In this document: positions 11,080 through 19,929 of the stretch, in pieces
Layout: every line of letters begins with the position of its first letter
Position numbering within the stretch: position 1 is the stretch's first letter
Assembly: GCA_019752595.1 (NCBI GenBank)
Contig: JAIELV010000001.1
Location: 248,486-312,485, forward strand
Reading direction: 5' to 3'
DNA length: 64,000 bases
Origin: Patescibacteria group bacterium
GTDB taxonomy: Bacteria; Patescibacteriota; Minisyncoccia; Phycocordibacterales; Phycocordibacteraceae
Translations under genes and position numbers: made by a program
Notes under the pieces: generated by a model
Seen by the model: the letters and a program-made list of their open reading frames with translations, nothing else
Told to the model about the DNA's origin: nothing
The model's database searches: none

Positions 11080-11559
11080 TTATTGCTTTTTTAAAGTTTC
11101 CAAATCTTTCAAAATACGCTGAATATCACTGGTGAGTTGCTCGAGCGAAACCATTTGTTTCTTTTTACGCTCCTCCTCACTTTCCTCGTCCTCAGTCAAC
11201 TCCTGAATGTCTTCTTGAATGTCCTCGACGTCATCCCCAAGACCTTCCACATCTTCTGAAATTTCTTGGATGTCCTCTTGGATGTCTTCGACATCTTCTG
11301 AGACTTCTTCAAGTTCCTTCTGGTGTCGATTTACTGTCATCTGGATAAAAATACCGATATAAATCGCTTCTAACGAAACGACCGTCGTAAGAATTAAAAG
11401 CATGCTGTCCCACTCTATATATCCAAACGCTGCGGCTCCGAAAGAAAGGATGAAAAAAATAGTGTGAACAACTAAAGAGGAAATGGAACCAATCCACGTT
11501 GTCAGACGTTCAAACACAGCGTAGGGATCCCGCTTTACCTCTGCCCCGTTTCCGTTCAT
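11080..11559 (-). CDS. DUF1003-like membrane protein with acidic coiled coil
   Basis: Two TMs (LTTVVSLEAIYIGIFIQM) then EDVEDIQEDIQE repeats. Confidence 0.7.
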   Translation of the reverse strand: MNGNGAEVKRDPYAVFERLTTWIGSISSLVVHTIFFILSFGAAAFGYIEWDSMLLILTTVVSLEAIYIGIFIQMTVNRHQKELEEVSEDVEDIQEDIQEISEDVEGLGDDVEDIQEDIQELTEDEESEEERKKKQMVSLEQLTSDIQRILKDLETLKKQ

Positions 11560-11571
11560 GCCATGAGAATA

Positions 11572-12141
11572 CTAGCCAAAGTACATATGGGCAAGGCTGA
11601 TGCATGCATAAGTCCAGGCGATTCCCGCCAATACATCGACTGCGAAATGCTGTTTGATGAGGACAGTTGAGACTGCAATCGTCACGCCAAAAAACCAAAT
11701 TGGAATCCCGAACACAGGAAAGACAAGTGCGAGGTAATAGGAAGTAATAAGCGAAGTAAAAACGTGTGAACTCGGGAACGCATTCGCGTGCGAATCCCCG
11801 TTATAAATTTTTGCAACGATTTTTTCAAACATATTTTTACCCTCCACACGAGGTCGTGCCATTTTTGACGGGAAGAAAAACCACACAACCGCTGCAGAGC
11901 ACATTGCGAGAGCCATGGAGGCGTAATATGAAACCGCGTATTCGGTGTTGAAAAGTACAATGCCTGCAAAAGCAATACAGGGGAACAACAAGAGATACGG
12001 AACAGAAAGCGCGGGGATAAAAGGAATGTATTTATCGAACGGGGTCAGAAAATTAAACCGCCCACCTCCCTTTTGATTCATGACGCCAAATAAGAGCACG
12101 CCTACAAAAAAACAACCTATAAAAACAAACTTTTCCGTCAT
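11572..12141 (-). CDS. PAP2-superfamily membrane phosphatase
   Basis: AFPSSH and STVLIKQHFAVD motifs; multiple TMs. Confidence 0.85.
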   Translation of the reverse strand: MTEKFVFIGCFFVGVLLFGVMNQKGGGRFNFLTPFDKYIPFIPALSVPYLLLFPCIAFAGIVLFNTEYAVSYYASMALAMCSAAVVWFFFPSKMARPRVEGKNMFEKIVAKIYNGDSHANAFPSSHVFTSLITSYYLALVFPVFGIPIWFFGVTIAVSTVLIKQHFAVDVLAGIAWTYACISLAHMYFG

Positions 12142-12166
12142 TCTCCTATTGTAGTATCATAACGCC

Positions 12167-12769
12167 ACGGCTAAAGACACAATCGCAGAAATCATACAGG
12201 GAGAGGCTGACGCTGTGCGCGCCATACCAAAAAACAATCCCTACGCAAAAGCAGTAGACGCCTTCCATAAAGCAGTCCGCGGAAACGGCACAGTGGTAGT
12301 ATCTGGCGTCGGAAAAGCTGGAGATATCGGGCGTAAAATTTCTTCTACACTCAATTCTATTGGTATGCGCTCAGTGTTTGTTCATCCCTTGGAAGCCGCA
12401 CATGGTGACTTGGGCGGCATACATAAAAACAGTGTGGCACTTTTGCTTTCAAACTCTGGAAAAACCCGTGAACTTTTGGAGTTCACTTCGCTGATAAAAA
12501 ACCTCTACCCCACCGCTAAGATTGCAGTCATTACGGGGCATCCGAAATCGCCAATTGGAAAAGTGGCGGACTTTGTACTTTCTACTGGAAATCCGAAAGA
12601 GGTTGAACCTATGAGTCTAGTGCCGACCACATCCTGCGTTGCGATGCTTGTTATTGGTGACATTTTGACTGTTCTTTCAATGAAGAAATTGAAGTTAACC
12701 CCTGTGAAATACCAGAAACATCACCACGGCGGATACATCGGCAAGCGAGCGAAGAAATTAGCGCGTTAA
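12167..12769 (+). CDS. KpsF/GutQ-like SIS-domain sugar phosphate isomerase, no CBS domains
   Basis: SGVGKAG, HPLEAAHGDLG, SNSGKT, PTTS, HHGGYIG. Start uncertain: ACG at 12167 or GTG at 12215. Confidence 0.85.
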   Translation, partial: TAKDTIAEIIQGEADAVRAIPKNNPYAKAVDAFHKAVRGNGTVVVSGVGKAGDIGRKISSTLNSIGMRSVFVHPLEAAHGDLGGIHKNSVALLLSNSGKTRELLEFTSLIKNLYPTAKIAVITGHPKSPIGKVADFVLSTGNPKEVEPMSLVPTTSCVAMLVIGDILTVLSMKKLKLTPVKYQKHHHGGYIGKRAKKLAR

Positions 12770-13722
12770 GATTTTTTCTTTTTTATTTCCTGTACTTTAA
12801 TTAGTGGCTTTTTCTCAAATACAGGAGTGAGAGAATCCGCGCTTCCTGCCTGTCGTTCAATAATTATATTGGACGTCTGAATACTACGATGTGGCTTATG
12901 CACTTTAATCCCCCTACCTTTATCTGAATTGCGTATAGTGTCAGCAAATCTTCGAACAGGAAACTCTCCTGGCAGTTGAAGCATAAGTGCCCCGCCAGGT
13001 TCTAATTTTTCATACAGCCCGTTAATAAGTTCAGAAACCATATGCATTTGCTCAGGGCCAGAGCGAGACAACATCGGCTTCTCCATCTTGACGACTATGC
13101 AAGTAAATTTTCCGTCTTTCGAGCGTGGGTTTCTGATCGCGTTCATTCCCTGAAGAGATACGGGTTCTGTATGCTCTGGATTTTCAGAACCACCTATCCC
13201 TCCCGTGCCTGCATGGCCTTTCTTTGAAAACGCATCAGCAATAATTATCTCGTGGTTAGGCAGTGATGGAAACGGAGAATTTTTTCCAGCAGAAACTCCT
13301 TCAACTCGCGGATCCGTGAGTGAAGCCCCTACCACAAAAACTTTTTCCATTCCTGGCAGTGCGTGAATGTCTTTGGAAAGCTGTCCTGCTGTTCCGCCGA
13401 CCTCAAGAACACTGGCATTTTCTTTGCCTTTTACTATGGAGGAAATGTATCCCTGTACGGTATGGCTTTTTTCAGGAATAACCGAAGAAAACGCTCTGTT
13501 AAAAGCATCTAGCCCGCTCTCCCAAACACCCCACACTCTTTTTGAGTTTTGTCCCCAAGAAGAAGGGAGACTTTGTACACTATTCTTCCGTAAGTTCCAG
13601 AGTTCTGAAACTCTATTGTCGCGAGATCGCTGTTCCGCTTTTGCTCGCTCTTCAGCTAAAGCTTCGGGGGTAATGACGGGCGCTCTCTCGCCCAGGTTTT
13701 GTATAGCTTCCCAAACAGCCAT
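12766..13722 (-). CDS. Hypothetical protein, possible degenerate class I SAM-methyltransferase fold
   Basis: VLEVGGTAG (motif I-like) and LEPGGALML. Confidence 0.5.
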   Translation of the reverse strand: MAVWEAIQNLGERAPVITPEALAEERAKAEQRSRDNRVSELWNLRKNSVQSLPSSWGQNSKRVWGVWESGLDAFNRAFSSVIPEKSHTVQGYISSIVKGKENASVLEVGGTAGQLSKDIHALPGMEKVFVVGASLTDPRVEGVSAGKNSPFPSLPNHEIIIADAFSKKGHAGTGGIGGSENPEHTEPVSLQGMNAIRNPRSKDGKFTCIVVKMEKPMLSRSGPEQMHMVSELINGLYEKLEPGGALMLQLPGEFPVRRFADTIRNSDKGRGIKVHKPHRSIQTSNIIIERQAGSADSLTPVFEKKPLIKVQEIKKKKS

Positions 13723-13727
13723 ATGAA

Positions 13728-14309
13728 TTAATTTGAAAAGAGTTTTTTAAGGTCTTCAGATTTTTTGGGATCGAGAAGCGCACGCAAAACCAAATTGTTC
13801 AAGCCTTCCTGACGAATTGAATCTGAGAGCACGAGCTGGATAAGTTCATCGTACGTAACGGGCATCAATTCTATCTTCTCCCCTGCATCCACTTTGGGTT
13901 CCTGTATTTTTTTGCAGTTTTTTCCGATAAACACATGGACGAACCAATCAATTTTTTCGTAAGGCTGTACCGTATAAAAAGGAACAACTGTTTCGGGTTT
14001 GTGACCTGTTTCCTCTAAAAGTTCTCTCAAAACTGCAGATTCAGGATGTTCCCCGTCTTCAAGGCGACCCGAAGGCGCAGTAATCACGGTCTCCCGCTGG
14101 GGTTGAGAGTCTTTGATAAGCAATATGCGTCCGTCCTCAAGGATGGGATATATCACTGCAGTATCCTGACGAGCAATTTTTTCGAAGGTATGCGTGGTGC
14201 CGTCATACAACGTTTGTTCCCACTGGTGAACATCAAATATCTTTCCTTCAAAGACAAGCTTTGCGGACTCTGGGACAGTTGTTTTTCTATACGGACGGTC
14301 CTTCTTCAT
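13728..14309 (-). CDS. NUDIX hydrolase (ADP-ribose pyrophosphatase-like)
   Basis: GRLEDGEHPESAVLRELLEETG Nudix box; start ATG 14309, 7 nt after TATACT. Confidence 0.9.
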   Translation of the reverse strand: MKKDRPYRKTTVPESAKLVFEGKIFDVHQWEQTLYDGTTHTFEKIARQDTAVIYPILEDGRILLIKDSQPQRETVITAPSGRLEDGEHPESAVLRELLEETGHKPETVVPFYTVQPYEKIDWFVHVFIGKNCKKIQEPKVDAGEKIELMPVTYDELIQLVLSDSIRQEGLNNLVLRALLDPKKSEDLKKLFSN

Positions 14310-14354
14310 CTGTGAAAGTATATACCAATCCGATATATCATTCATCCAACGCAT

Positions 14355-14392
14355 TAATTACACTATGTTACCATGGTAACATAGTGTAATTA
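14355..14392. repeat. Perfect 38-bp palindrome
   Basis: TAATTACACTATGTTACCA|TGGTAACATAGTGTAATTA between divergent genes. Confidence 0.95.
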
Positions 14393-14445
14393 TGGTTATT
14401 GTAGAGGGTACTACGGTCGGGCATAAAAATCAGTACAATAGGTAC

Positions 14446-14973
14446 GTGACGAGAAAACCTCACTACATCGCAATTGCTGCGGTCACACTCGATGGAAAAA
14501 TCGGAGCGAATGAGAAGCATTTTTCGAATTGGACCTCAAAAGAGGATAAGAAATTTATGCGTGCACTTTTAGATACGTGCGACGTCATCATTGTTGGCAA
14601 CAACACGTACAAAACCGCCCTGAAACCTCTCTCGAAACGAAATTGCATAGTACTCACCCGATCTATAAAAACTACGAAAAAAGTTTCTGAAAAACTGCTG
14701 TACCTTAATACCAGGTCTGCCAATCTTAAAAAAACTATACAAAAAACGGGGTACAAAAAAATTGCAGTCCTTGGCGGAGCACAAACGTATAGCTATTGCT
14801 TGGAACACGGGATGCTTGACGACCTTTACCTAACTATTGAGCCTGTTATTTTTGGCTCAGGAGTGCCGCTGTTTGCAGGAAAATTTAAACTTAGGAAGAC
14901 AAAGATTCTATCAGTGAAAAAACTTAACAAGACGGGCACGCTTTTGGTGCACAGCGTTTTTCGTCAAACCTAG
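14446..14973 (+). CDS. Dihydrofolate reductase / RibD C-terminal family protein
   Basis: AAVTLDGKIG, VGNNTY, VLGGAQ, LTIEPVIFGSG; GTG start 6 nt after TACAAT. Confidence 0.85.
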   Translation: MTRKPHYIAIAAVTLDGKIGANEKHFSNWTSKEDKKFMRALLDTCDVIIVGNNTYKTALKPLSKRNCIVLTRSIKTTKKVSEKLLYLNTRSANLKKTIQKTGYKKIAVLGGAQTYSYCLEHGMLDDLYLTIEPVIFGSGVPLFAGKFKLRKTKILSVKKLNKTGTLLVHSVFRQT

Positions 14974-15040
14974 AATATGCTAGCATCCTCAGTATTCCTT
15001 ATTGTGGGAATAGCATTAGGTGCGACATGAAGTCTTTAGT

Positions 15041-15111
15041 CGGGGCGTAGTATACCGGTAGTACATACGCTTCGGGTGCGTAGAGACCGAGTTCGATTCT
15101 CGGCGCCCCGA
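15041..15111 (+). tRNA. tRNA-Pro(CGG)
   Basis: Acceptor CGGGGCG/CGCCCCG, anticodon arm TACGC-TTCGGGT-GCGTA, T-loop GTTCGATTC; CCA not encoded. Confidence 0.93.
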
Positions 15112-15231
15112 CTAAGGACTCCGCGAGAAATTCGGTTCGTAAAGTTCTTAGACAGATTTCGGGCCGTAAGTAAACTTTCGGCCCGTTCACTCGGACGGCA
15201 TGAAAATAAATTTTCGCGCCGCTCCTCGTTC

Positions 15232-15302
15232 CGGGCCGTAGTATACCGGTAGTACGCATGCATGGGGTGCATGTAGATCGGGTTCGATTCCCGACGGCCC
15301 GA
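15232..15302 (+). tRNA. tRNA-Pro(GGG)
   Basis: Acceptor CGGGCCG/CGGCCCG, anticodon arm CATGC-ATGGGGT-GCATG. Confidence 0.93.
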
Positions 15303-15316
15303 CCCAGACGTCATTC

Positions 15317-15388
15317 GCTCTCATAGCTCAATGGATAGAGTGTATCCCTCCGAAGGATGAGATGCAGGTTCGATTCCTGCTGAGAGCA
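15317..15388 (+). tRNA. tRNA-Arg(CCG)
   Basis: Acceptor GCTCTCA/TGAGAGC, anticodon arm TATCC-CTCCGAA-GGATG. Confidence 0.93.
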
Positions 15389-15459
15389 CAAAACTGCTTT
15401 TGTGCGTGCAGAAATCGAAAGGGTTTGCGATGTTGAGTCCGCGAAACAGCAACCCACCC

Positions 15460-15491
15460 GCGACGGTAGTCGAGATTCCAGGCTCGAGAGC
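15460..15491 (+). repeat. 32-bp direct repeat, copy 1
   Basis: GCGACGGTAGTCGAGATTCCAGGCTCGAGAGC, identical at 16282-16313. Confidence 0.95.
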
Positions 15492-15543
15492 GCAGGTTAT
15501 TGCTAATTCAAGTGACCGAGTGGCGTGGTTAAAAGTTTCCTGT

Positions 15544-16230
15544 TCAGTCAGTGTTATCTTCAAGTATTAGGAGCGCCTTTTTACGCGTATCGCGGTTGAT
15601 GTCGTTATCTTCCGTATTTTTTTGTTTCTCGAGCGATGCTATGTATTCCTGCGGAAGTCCGTTCTGCTTAGCGCCTTTTATAATGAGAGCGAGATACCAG
15701 TCATAGGGAAGCAAGTCCTTCTTCTTTTCCTTCGTGAAATAGGTAACGACCCGTTCTTTGTGTTGTTTTGAGGGCATCCAGATCCAAATATGTTCCGACT
15801 CATAACCAGCACCTTCCGCTCTATCGAGTAAGACCCTTTCAGACTCATTAACTTCAAACACAGTTCCATAGGTGTGAGAGTGCCCTCTTTTTTCTATTGC
15901 TGCTTTCCCTGAGCCGTCTTTGCTCAGTTTTGTAAAAACTAGCAGATAGTTTTCTGCCATGCCTAGACCAACGGACCTGGCGCTCGGACACTTGTCTCGT
16001 AGCCATTTAGTGCACATGTTTGAACCATAAGCGAAATACAAAAAGGTTTGTTTTGGTTCTTGCTCTAATTTCAACTTGTCGGCAATATAAACTGCCAAAA
16101 ACATGGAGCCCAAAAACAAAAGCGCACCCAACCTGAGCCACGAAGGACCTGGATTGGTGAAATATTCAAATATAAAAATCAGAGTAACAAACAGTGCGAG
16201 AGCAAGAACTGTCGTTCTGAAATTATTCAT
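15544..16230 (-). CDS. Gamma-glutamylcyclotransferase (GGCT/AIG2-like) with two N-terminal TMs
   Basis: YFAYGSNM, LDRAEG..Y, YLALIIKGAKQNGLP. Confidence 0.85.
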   Translation of the reverse strand: MNNFRTTVLALALFVTLIFIFEYFTNPGPSWLRLGALLFLGSMFLAVYIADKLKLEQEPKQTFLYFAYGSNMCTKWLRDKCPSARSVGLGMAENYLLVFTKLSKDGSGKAAIEKRGHSHTYGTVFEVNESERVLLDRAEGAGYESEHIWIWMPSKQHKERVVTYFTKEKKKDLLPYDWYLALIIKGAKQNGLPQEYIASLEKQKNTEDNDINRDTRKKALLILEDNTD

Positions 16231-16281
16231 CGTCCGTATACTATAAACCCGTAACAAGTCATTAGAGCGTTTGCCTCACAT

Positions 16282-16313
16282 GCGACGGTAGTCGAGATTC
16301 CAGGCTCGAGAGC
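16282..16313 (+). repeat. 32-bp direct repeat, copy 2
   Basis: Identical to 15460-15491. Confidence 0.95.
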
Positions 16314-16320
16314 ACATCTG

Positions 16321-16965
16321 CTATTCCCGCACCATTGTCACTAAGTGTTCTTCAGGATGAGAGGCATCGGGGCGGGGGGGAAAACCTAATTTTTGCGCGA
16401 GACCAATTGAACCTTCATTTTTGCTATTGAAAATCGCCCATAGTTTCGCATCAGGATAGGCTTTCAAATACGTATCAATACAAAACTGTACGAACCCACG
16501 CATATGACCTTTTCCGCGGAATGGATTGTAACTACGATATGAAATAGTATGCCAATTTTCTGCATCAATTTTTTTTCCCGCCTCGCGTTCTTCATCAGAC
16601 AAATATTTCATTGATTTTTGCCCCAAGGGTTTTGGTCCAAACCAACAAATAGCGGTTACTGAGTCCGATTCTTCGTGAATAAGTGCAAACGGCGTTCTGC
16701 CTTTTGAGTACCATTCTTCGTATGAACCTTCGCCAAATCGTTTTTTGTCAGACGTGTTTTCTTGCAAGTCAGCATCATTTTCATCAAGTGAATAATGCTT
16801 CACCTGCTCTGCCATGTGACGATCAAGCCCTGCAACCACTACAAAACGTTCTCCCGATTTTGACTGCGCATCGGCAATAGGCACGCTTTCAAAAAGAGCG
16901 AGCGGAAACTGCAATGTTCCTTCAAATGAATACGGGTATACATCCATATCGTCTGATGTCGTCAT
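16321..16965 (-). CDS. GNAT-family acetyltransferase-like protein
   Basis: FRGKGH acetyl-CoA loop and NEGSIGLAQKLGF motif B; 4-bp overlap with aclA. Confidence 0.7.
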   Translation of the reverse strand: MTTSDDMDVYPYSFEGTLQFPLALFESVPIADAQSKSGERFVVVAGLDRHMAEQVKHYSLDENDADLQENTSDKKRFGEGSYEEWYSKGRTPFALIHEESDSVTAICWFGPKPLGQKSMKYLSDEEREAGKKIDAENWHTISYRSYNPFRGKGHMRGFVQFCIDTYLKAYPDAKLWAIFNSKNEGSIGLAQKLGFPPRPDASHPEEHLVTMVRE

Positions 16966-18764
16966 ACTATTCTACTATGCGAAGACGTGTCAGTTTCATG
17001 CAGGAGTTCGTCAGGAAGACGGAATAGCCCTTCGTCATTTTTCTTTTGTTCTAAGAAATGCGCCACAAAACCAACGCTTCGAGGCAGTATGAAAAAGGCA
17101 TTGAAAAATTCCGCGCGTACCAGGGTTTGAAGCTCGGCATTCGTAAGACCTTCTTTTTCCGAAAGTATGTCAAGAAAAAGTGCAGAAATGGCACCGTCAA
17201 TATTGAGTATCAGTGTCCCTTTTTTCCTTACCGTTATTTTTTCAATCGATTGTGCAAAATCAGAGTGAGGGTGCTTTTTGAGTACGTTCTTAAATTCCAT
17301 CAATGCAAGAACTCGGGGGTCTGGAATCCCAAGACGATATTTCTTATGACCGATGCCTGGAATCGGTTCTCGGCGCTTCCCCCACTCAGATACAAAATCG
17401 GCTGAAGATATATTTCGACTCACCCCCGAAAGCCACGCACCCGCCGCTGCGTTCACCGCACCACCGAAGCGCGAACCGATAGTCAAAAGGCCAGCTGAAA
17501 GCGAGGTTGCCATATCTCTTCCCGCGCGCGCGGTAATCATAGTGTTTACAGCGCCTGAGACGTGCCCTCCATGATCAATGAGTAACCGAAACACCGCATC
17601 GGTATATGCAACCGTCACGTTACTTTTGGGCGGTCTTCCAAGAAGTGCCTCAAGTAATGCGGGTACAAAAAGAGTGCCCCCGTGCGAAGTGATTTTTTTA
17701 CCAGAAACAAGTTTGGGTAATGCGCCGATTCCTGTTATTTTCCTAGTCGTTAGTATCGTCTTTTGGCGGCTCGTGCTCATCTCCTTCTTCTTCATTTTAC
17801 CATTCCCCCGCGGTACCGAAAGTTCGTCGATTGCCTTCAAAAACCCTGAGAATGTATCTGGTGCATGGACGCCTGCATCCCTCAAGGCACTGCGTTTCGC
17901 CCGCGCGCTTTCATCATTTTTACGCACCAGGGCTTTTGCGTGCCCAAACTGTACATGCTCTTCAAAAGCTTCATCTATAACCCCCGCTATGTACGCAACA
18001 AGCGGTTTGGTAAAGCGTTTTTCTTCAATAAGGGTAATAATTTCATATTCGTCGTCACCCCCAAGTTCGCCAAAATAGACTACTGCGTCTGTGTTTGGAT
18101 CTGATTCAGCGAGCGTAAAAGCATCTGTCAGCGAGAAAACGGGGAAACGATCACCGCCAACACACGCAGCGAACGATACACGGCGTCCTGAATCACTGAC
18201 TGCATGTATAAGTTCGTTTGTCATACCACCTGAAGTGGAGCACACGGCAATACTGCCTTTTTCTGTAATGTGAGAACGGTGTATCTGCTCGAGACTGACA
18301 CCCCCTATTGCCCCAAGTTTTAGGAAACCTGAAACCAGAAAACCGACACCAGACGGACCAAATATAGAATATGTTTTTAAAAATCGTTGTAGTAATTTCG
18401 TGGCGTGCACTTCAGGAACATTCTCTGCAAAAATGTGTGCACCAAGGGCGTGTGGTACCTGTTCAAAAAAGTGTGTTACTGAATCACATGCCCGTCTACC
18501 TGATTCTAGCGAGAGGAACCATGCGATATCCAAACGAAGTGAGGCGGGGATAGATTCAATAGATGAAAAACATGGAATAAGAACTTCGGAGGGACCAAAA
18601 AATAATTTGTATGCTGTTCTCGTGCCCGTCACAATTGCACGAATCGAGGGTCGTTTTTTCCCTGCCAGATAATCAAAATCTACTATTGATTGCAAGATCG
18701 GCTCGTGAATTCCACCGACCACTATTCCGTCCTGCCCGCGTCTGAGTTTTTGTAGTATGTTCAT
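16962..18764 (-). CDS. aclA: ATP citrate lyase alpha subunit (with citryl-CoA lyase domain)
   Basis: STSGGMTNE, GGDRFP, GELGG, QFGHA phospho-His, IDHGGHVSGA, PGIGH, LNIDG. Confidence 0.92.
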   Translation of the reverse strand: MNILQKLRRGQDGIVVGGIHEPILQSIVDFDYLAGKKRPSIRAIVTGTRTAYKLFFGPSEVLIPCFSSIESIPASLRLDIAWFLSLESGRRACDSVTHFFEQVPHALGAHIFAENVPEVHATKLLQRFLKTYSIFGPSGVGFLVSGFLKLGAIGGVSLEQIHRSHITEKGSIAVCSTSGGMTNELIHAVSDSGRRVSFAACVGGDRFPVFSLTDAFTLAESDPNTDAVVYFGELGGDDEYEIITLIEEKRFTKPLVAYIAGVIDEAFEEHVQFGHAKALVRKNDESARAKRSALRDAGVHAPDTFSGFLKAIDELSVPRGNGKMKKKEMSTSRQKTILTTRKITGIGALPKLVSGKKITSHGGTLFVPALLEALLGRPPKSNVTVAYTDAVFRLLIDHGGHVSGAVNTMITARAGRDMATSLSAGLLTIGSRFGGAVNAAAGAWLSGVSRNISSADFVSEWGKRREPIPGIGHKKYRLGIPDPRVLALMEFKNVLKKHPHSDFAQSIEKITVRKKGTLILNIDGAISALFLDILSEKEGLTNAELQTLVRAEFFNAFFILPRSVGFVAHFLEQKKNDEGLFRLPDELLHETDTSSHSRIV

Positions 18765-19918
18765 ACAGTTACATACGCGATTGCCTTCTCCACTGCGTCG
18801 GTAATACGTGCAGCACTGCCTGAAATAGAACCAAGAATACGGTGGTGCTTGAGAAACTGTTTCATCTGCAGAAGCCCTTCCGCTTCGCGGGGCCCACCAC
18901 GGCGGACGAATACTTTGACATTTGCTTTTGCAAGGTCACTCGCTCGCTCCGTAAGTGCATCAATAATGCCAGAGAAGGTAGTACTCACATCAGTAAAATT
19001 TGCTATCCCTCCTGCTATCACCAGTGCTCTTTTTTTACTTTTTGAGGAAAGCATGAGTCCGATAATTTCGCGTGCATACAGATACGTTTCTTCTCGTGTT
19101 GGCCCACCACTGTATTCGCCATAGTTTGCAATGAGAGAACCGGCTTTCTTACTGACTGCATGATCGCCTATGGTTATAGAACCACCCCCACCTGACAAGA
19201 GAAAAAAGAGCGAACCGTGCGGATTAAGTATAGTGAGTTTTAAAGATGCTGGTGTCGTCTTATCGAGCTCCGCCACCGTAGCTTCGCGACGATGTTTCTT
19301 TTTTGACTCTGTATAATCTGCCTCCGACCACGCTCCGTGTACTAACTGCTCTCCTGCATCATCAACGAGAAGCGCTGCATCAAGCGCCCACACCTTCGAA
19401 CCTATAACAACCAGAGGATTAATTTCCAAAAACGCCAAATGGTACGCATCGAATGCACTCAGTATCGTACGTACAAACTGTTCGGGGATGAGTGTTTTTT
19501 TTGAGACATATGCAGAGTCTTCGCTTCCTCGAATATCAAACGACTGAACCGAGGCGCTTGACTCTTCAATGTCTATCCCGCCCTTTGTAGAAAATAGAAC
19601 CCTTACTCCTGTTCGAATTCGGTCAAAAGAAAGATACTGCTCCGATTGCGGAGAATGTTCGACGTATTCTTCAACGAGGAAGCGAGTAAATCCTTTTTTA
19701 GACCACGCGCGAATATGTTTTCGAATTTCGGACGCAGGAATATTGATGACGACCAGCTTTTGCTTGAAACGTTTTTTTATACCCTGGTCAACCTTTACTA
19801 CATACCTCCCTTTTTGAGGGACAGAGAATTGTGTATCTTTCGTGACCGAAACACCTGTATACGAATCGCCCAATAACAATCGTTTTGCCCTGTACTCAGA
19901 AACTTTGACGCGCGCCAT
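18761..19918 (-). CDS. aclB: ATP citrate lyase beta subunit
   Basis: LEINPL, SLKLTILN, NYGEYSGGP, GGIANFTDV, VRRGGP. Confidence 0.92.
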   Translation of the reverse strand: MARVKVSEYRAKRLLLGDSYTGVSVTKDTQFSVPQKGRYVVKVDQGIKKRFKQKLVVINIPASEIRKHIRAWSKKGFTRFLVEEYVEHSPQSEQYLSFDRIRTGVRVLFSTKGGIDIEESSASVQSFDIRGSEDSAYVSKKTLIPEQFVRTILSAFDAYHLAFLEINPLVVIGSKVWALDAALLVDDAGEQLVHGAWSEADYTESKKKHRREATVAELDKTTPASLKLTILNPHGSLFFLLSGGGGSITIGDHAVSKKAGSLIANYGEYSGGPTREETYLYAREIIGLMLSSKSKKRALVIAGGIANFTDVSTTFSGIIDALTERASDLAKANVKVFVRRGGPREAEGLLQMKQFLKHHRILGSISGSAARITDAVEKAIAYVTV

Positions 19919-19929
19919 TTCGAGGCATT

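Noticed and set aside
14999-15563. Short ORFs over the tRNA cluster
   Set aside because: They overlap clear tRNA genes.
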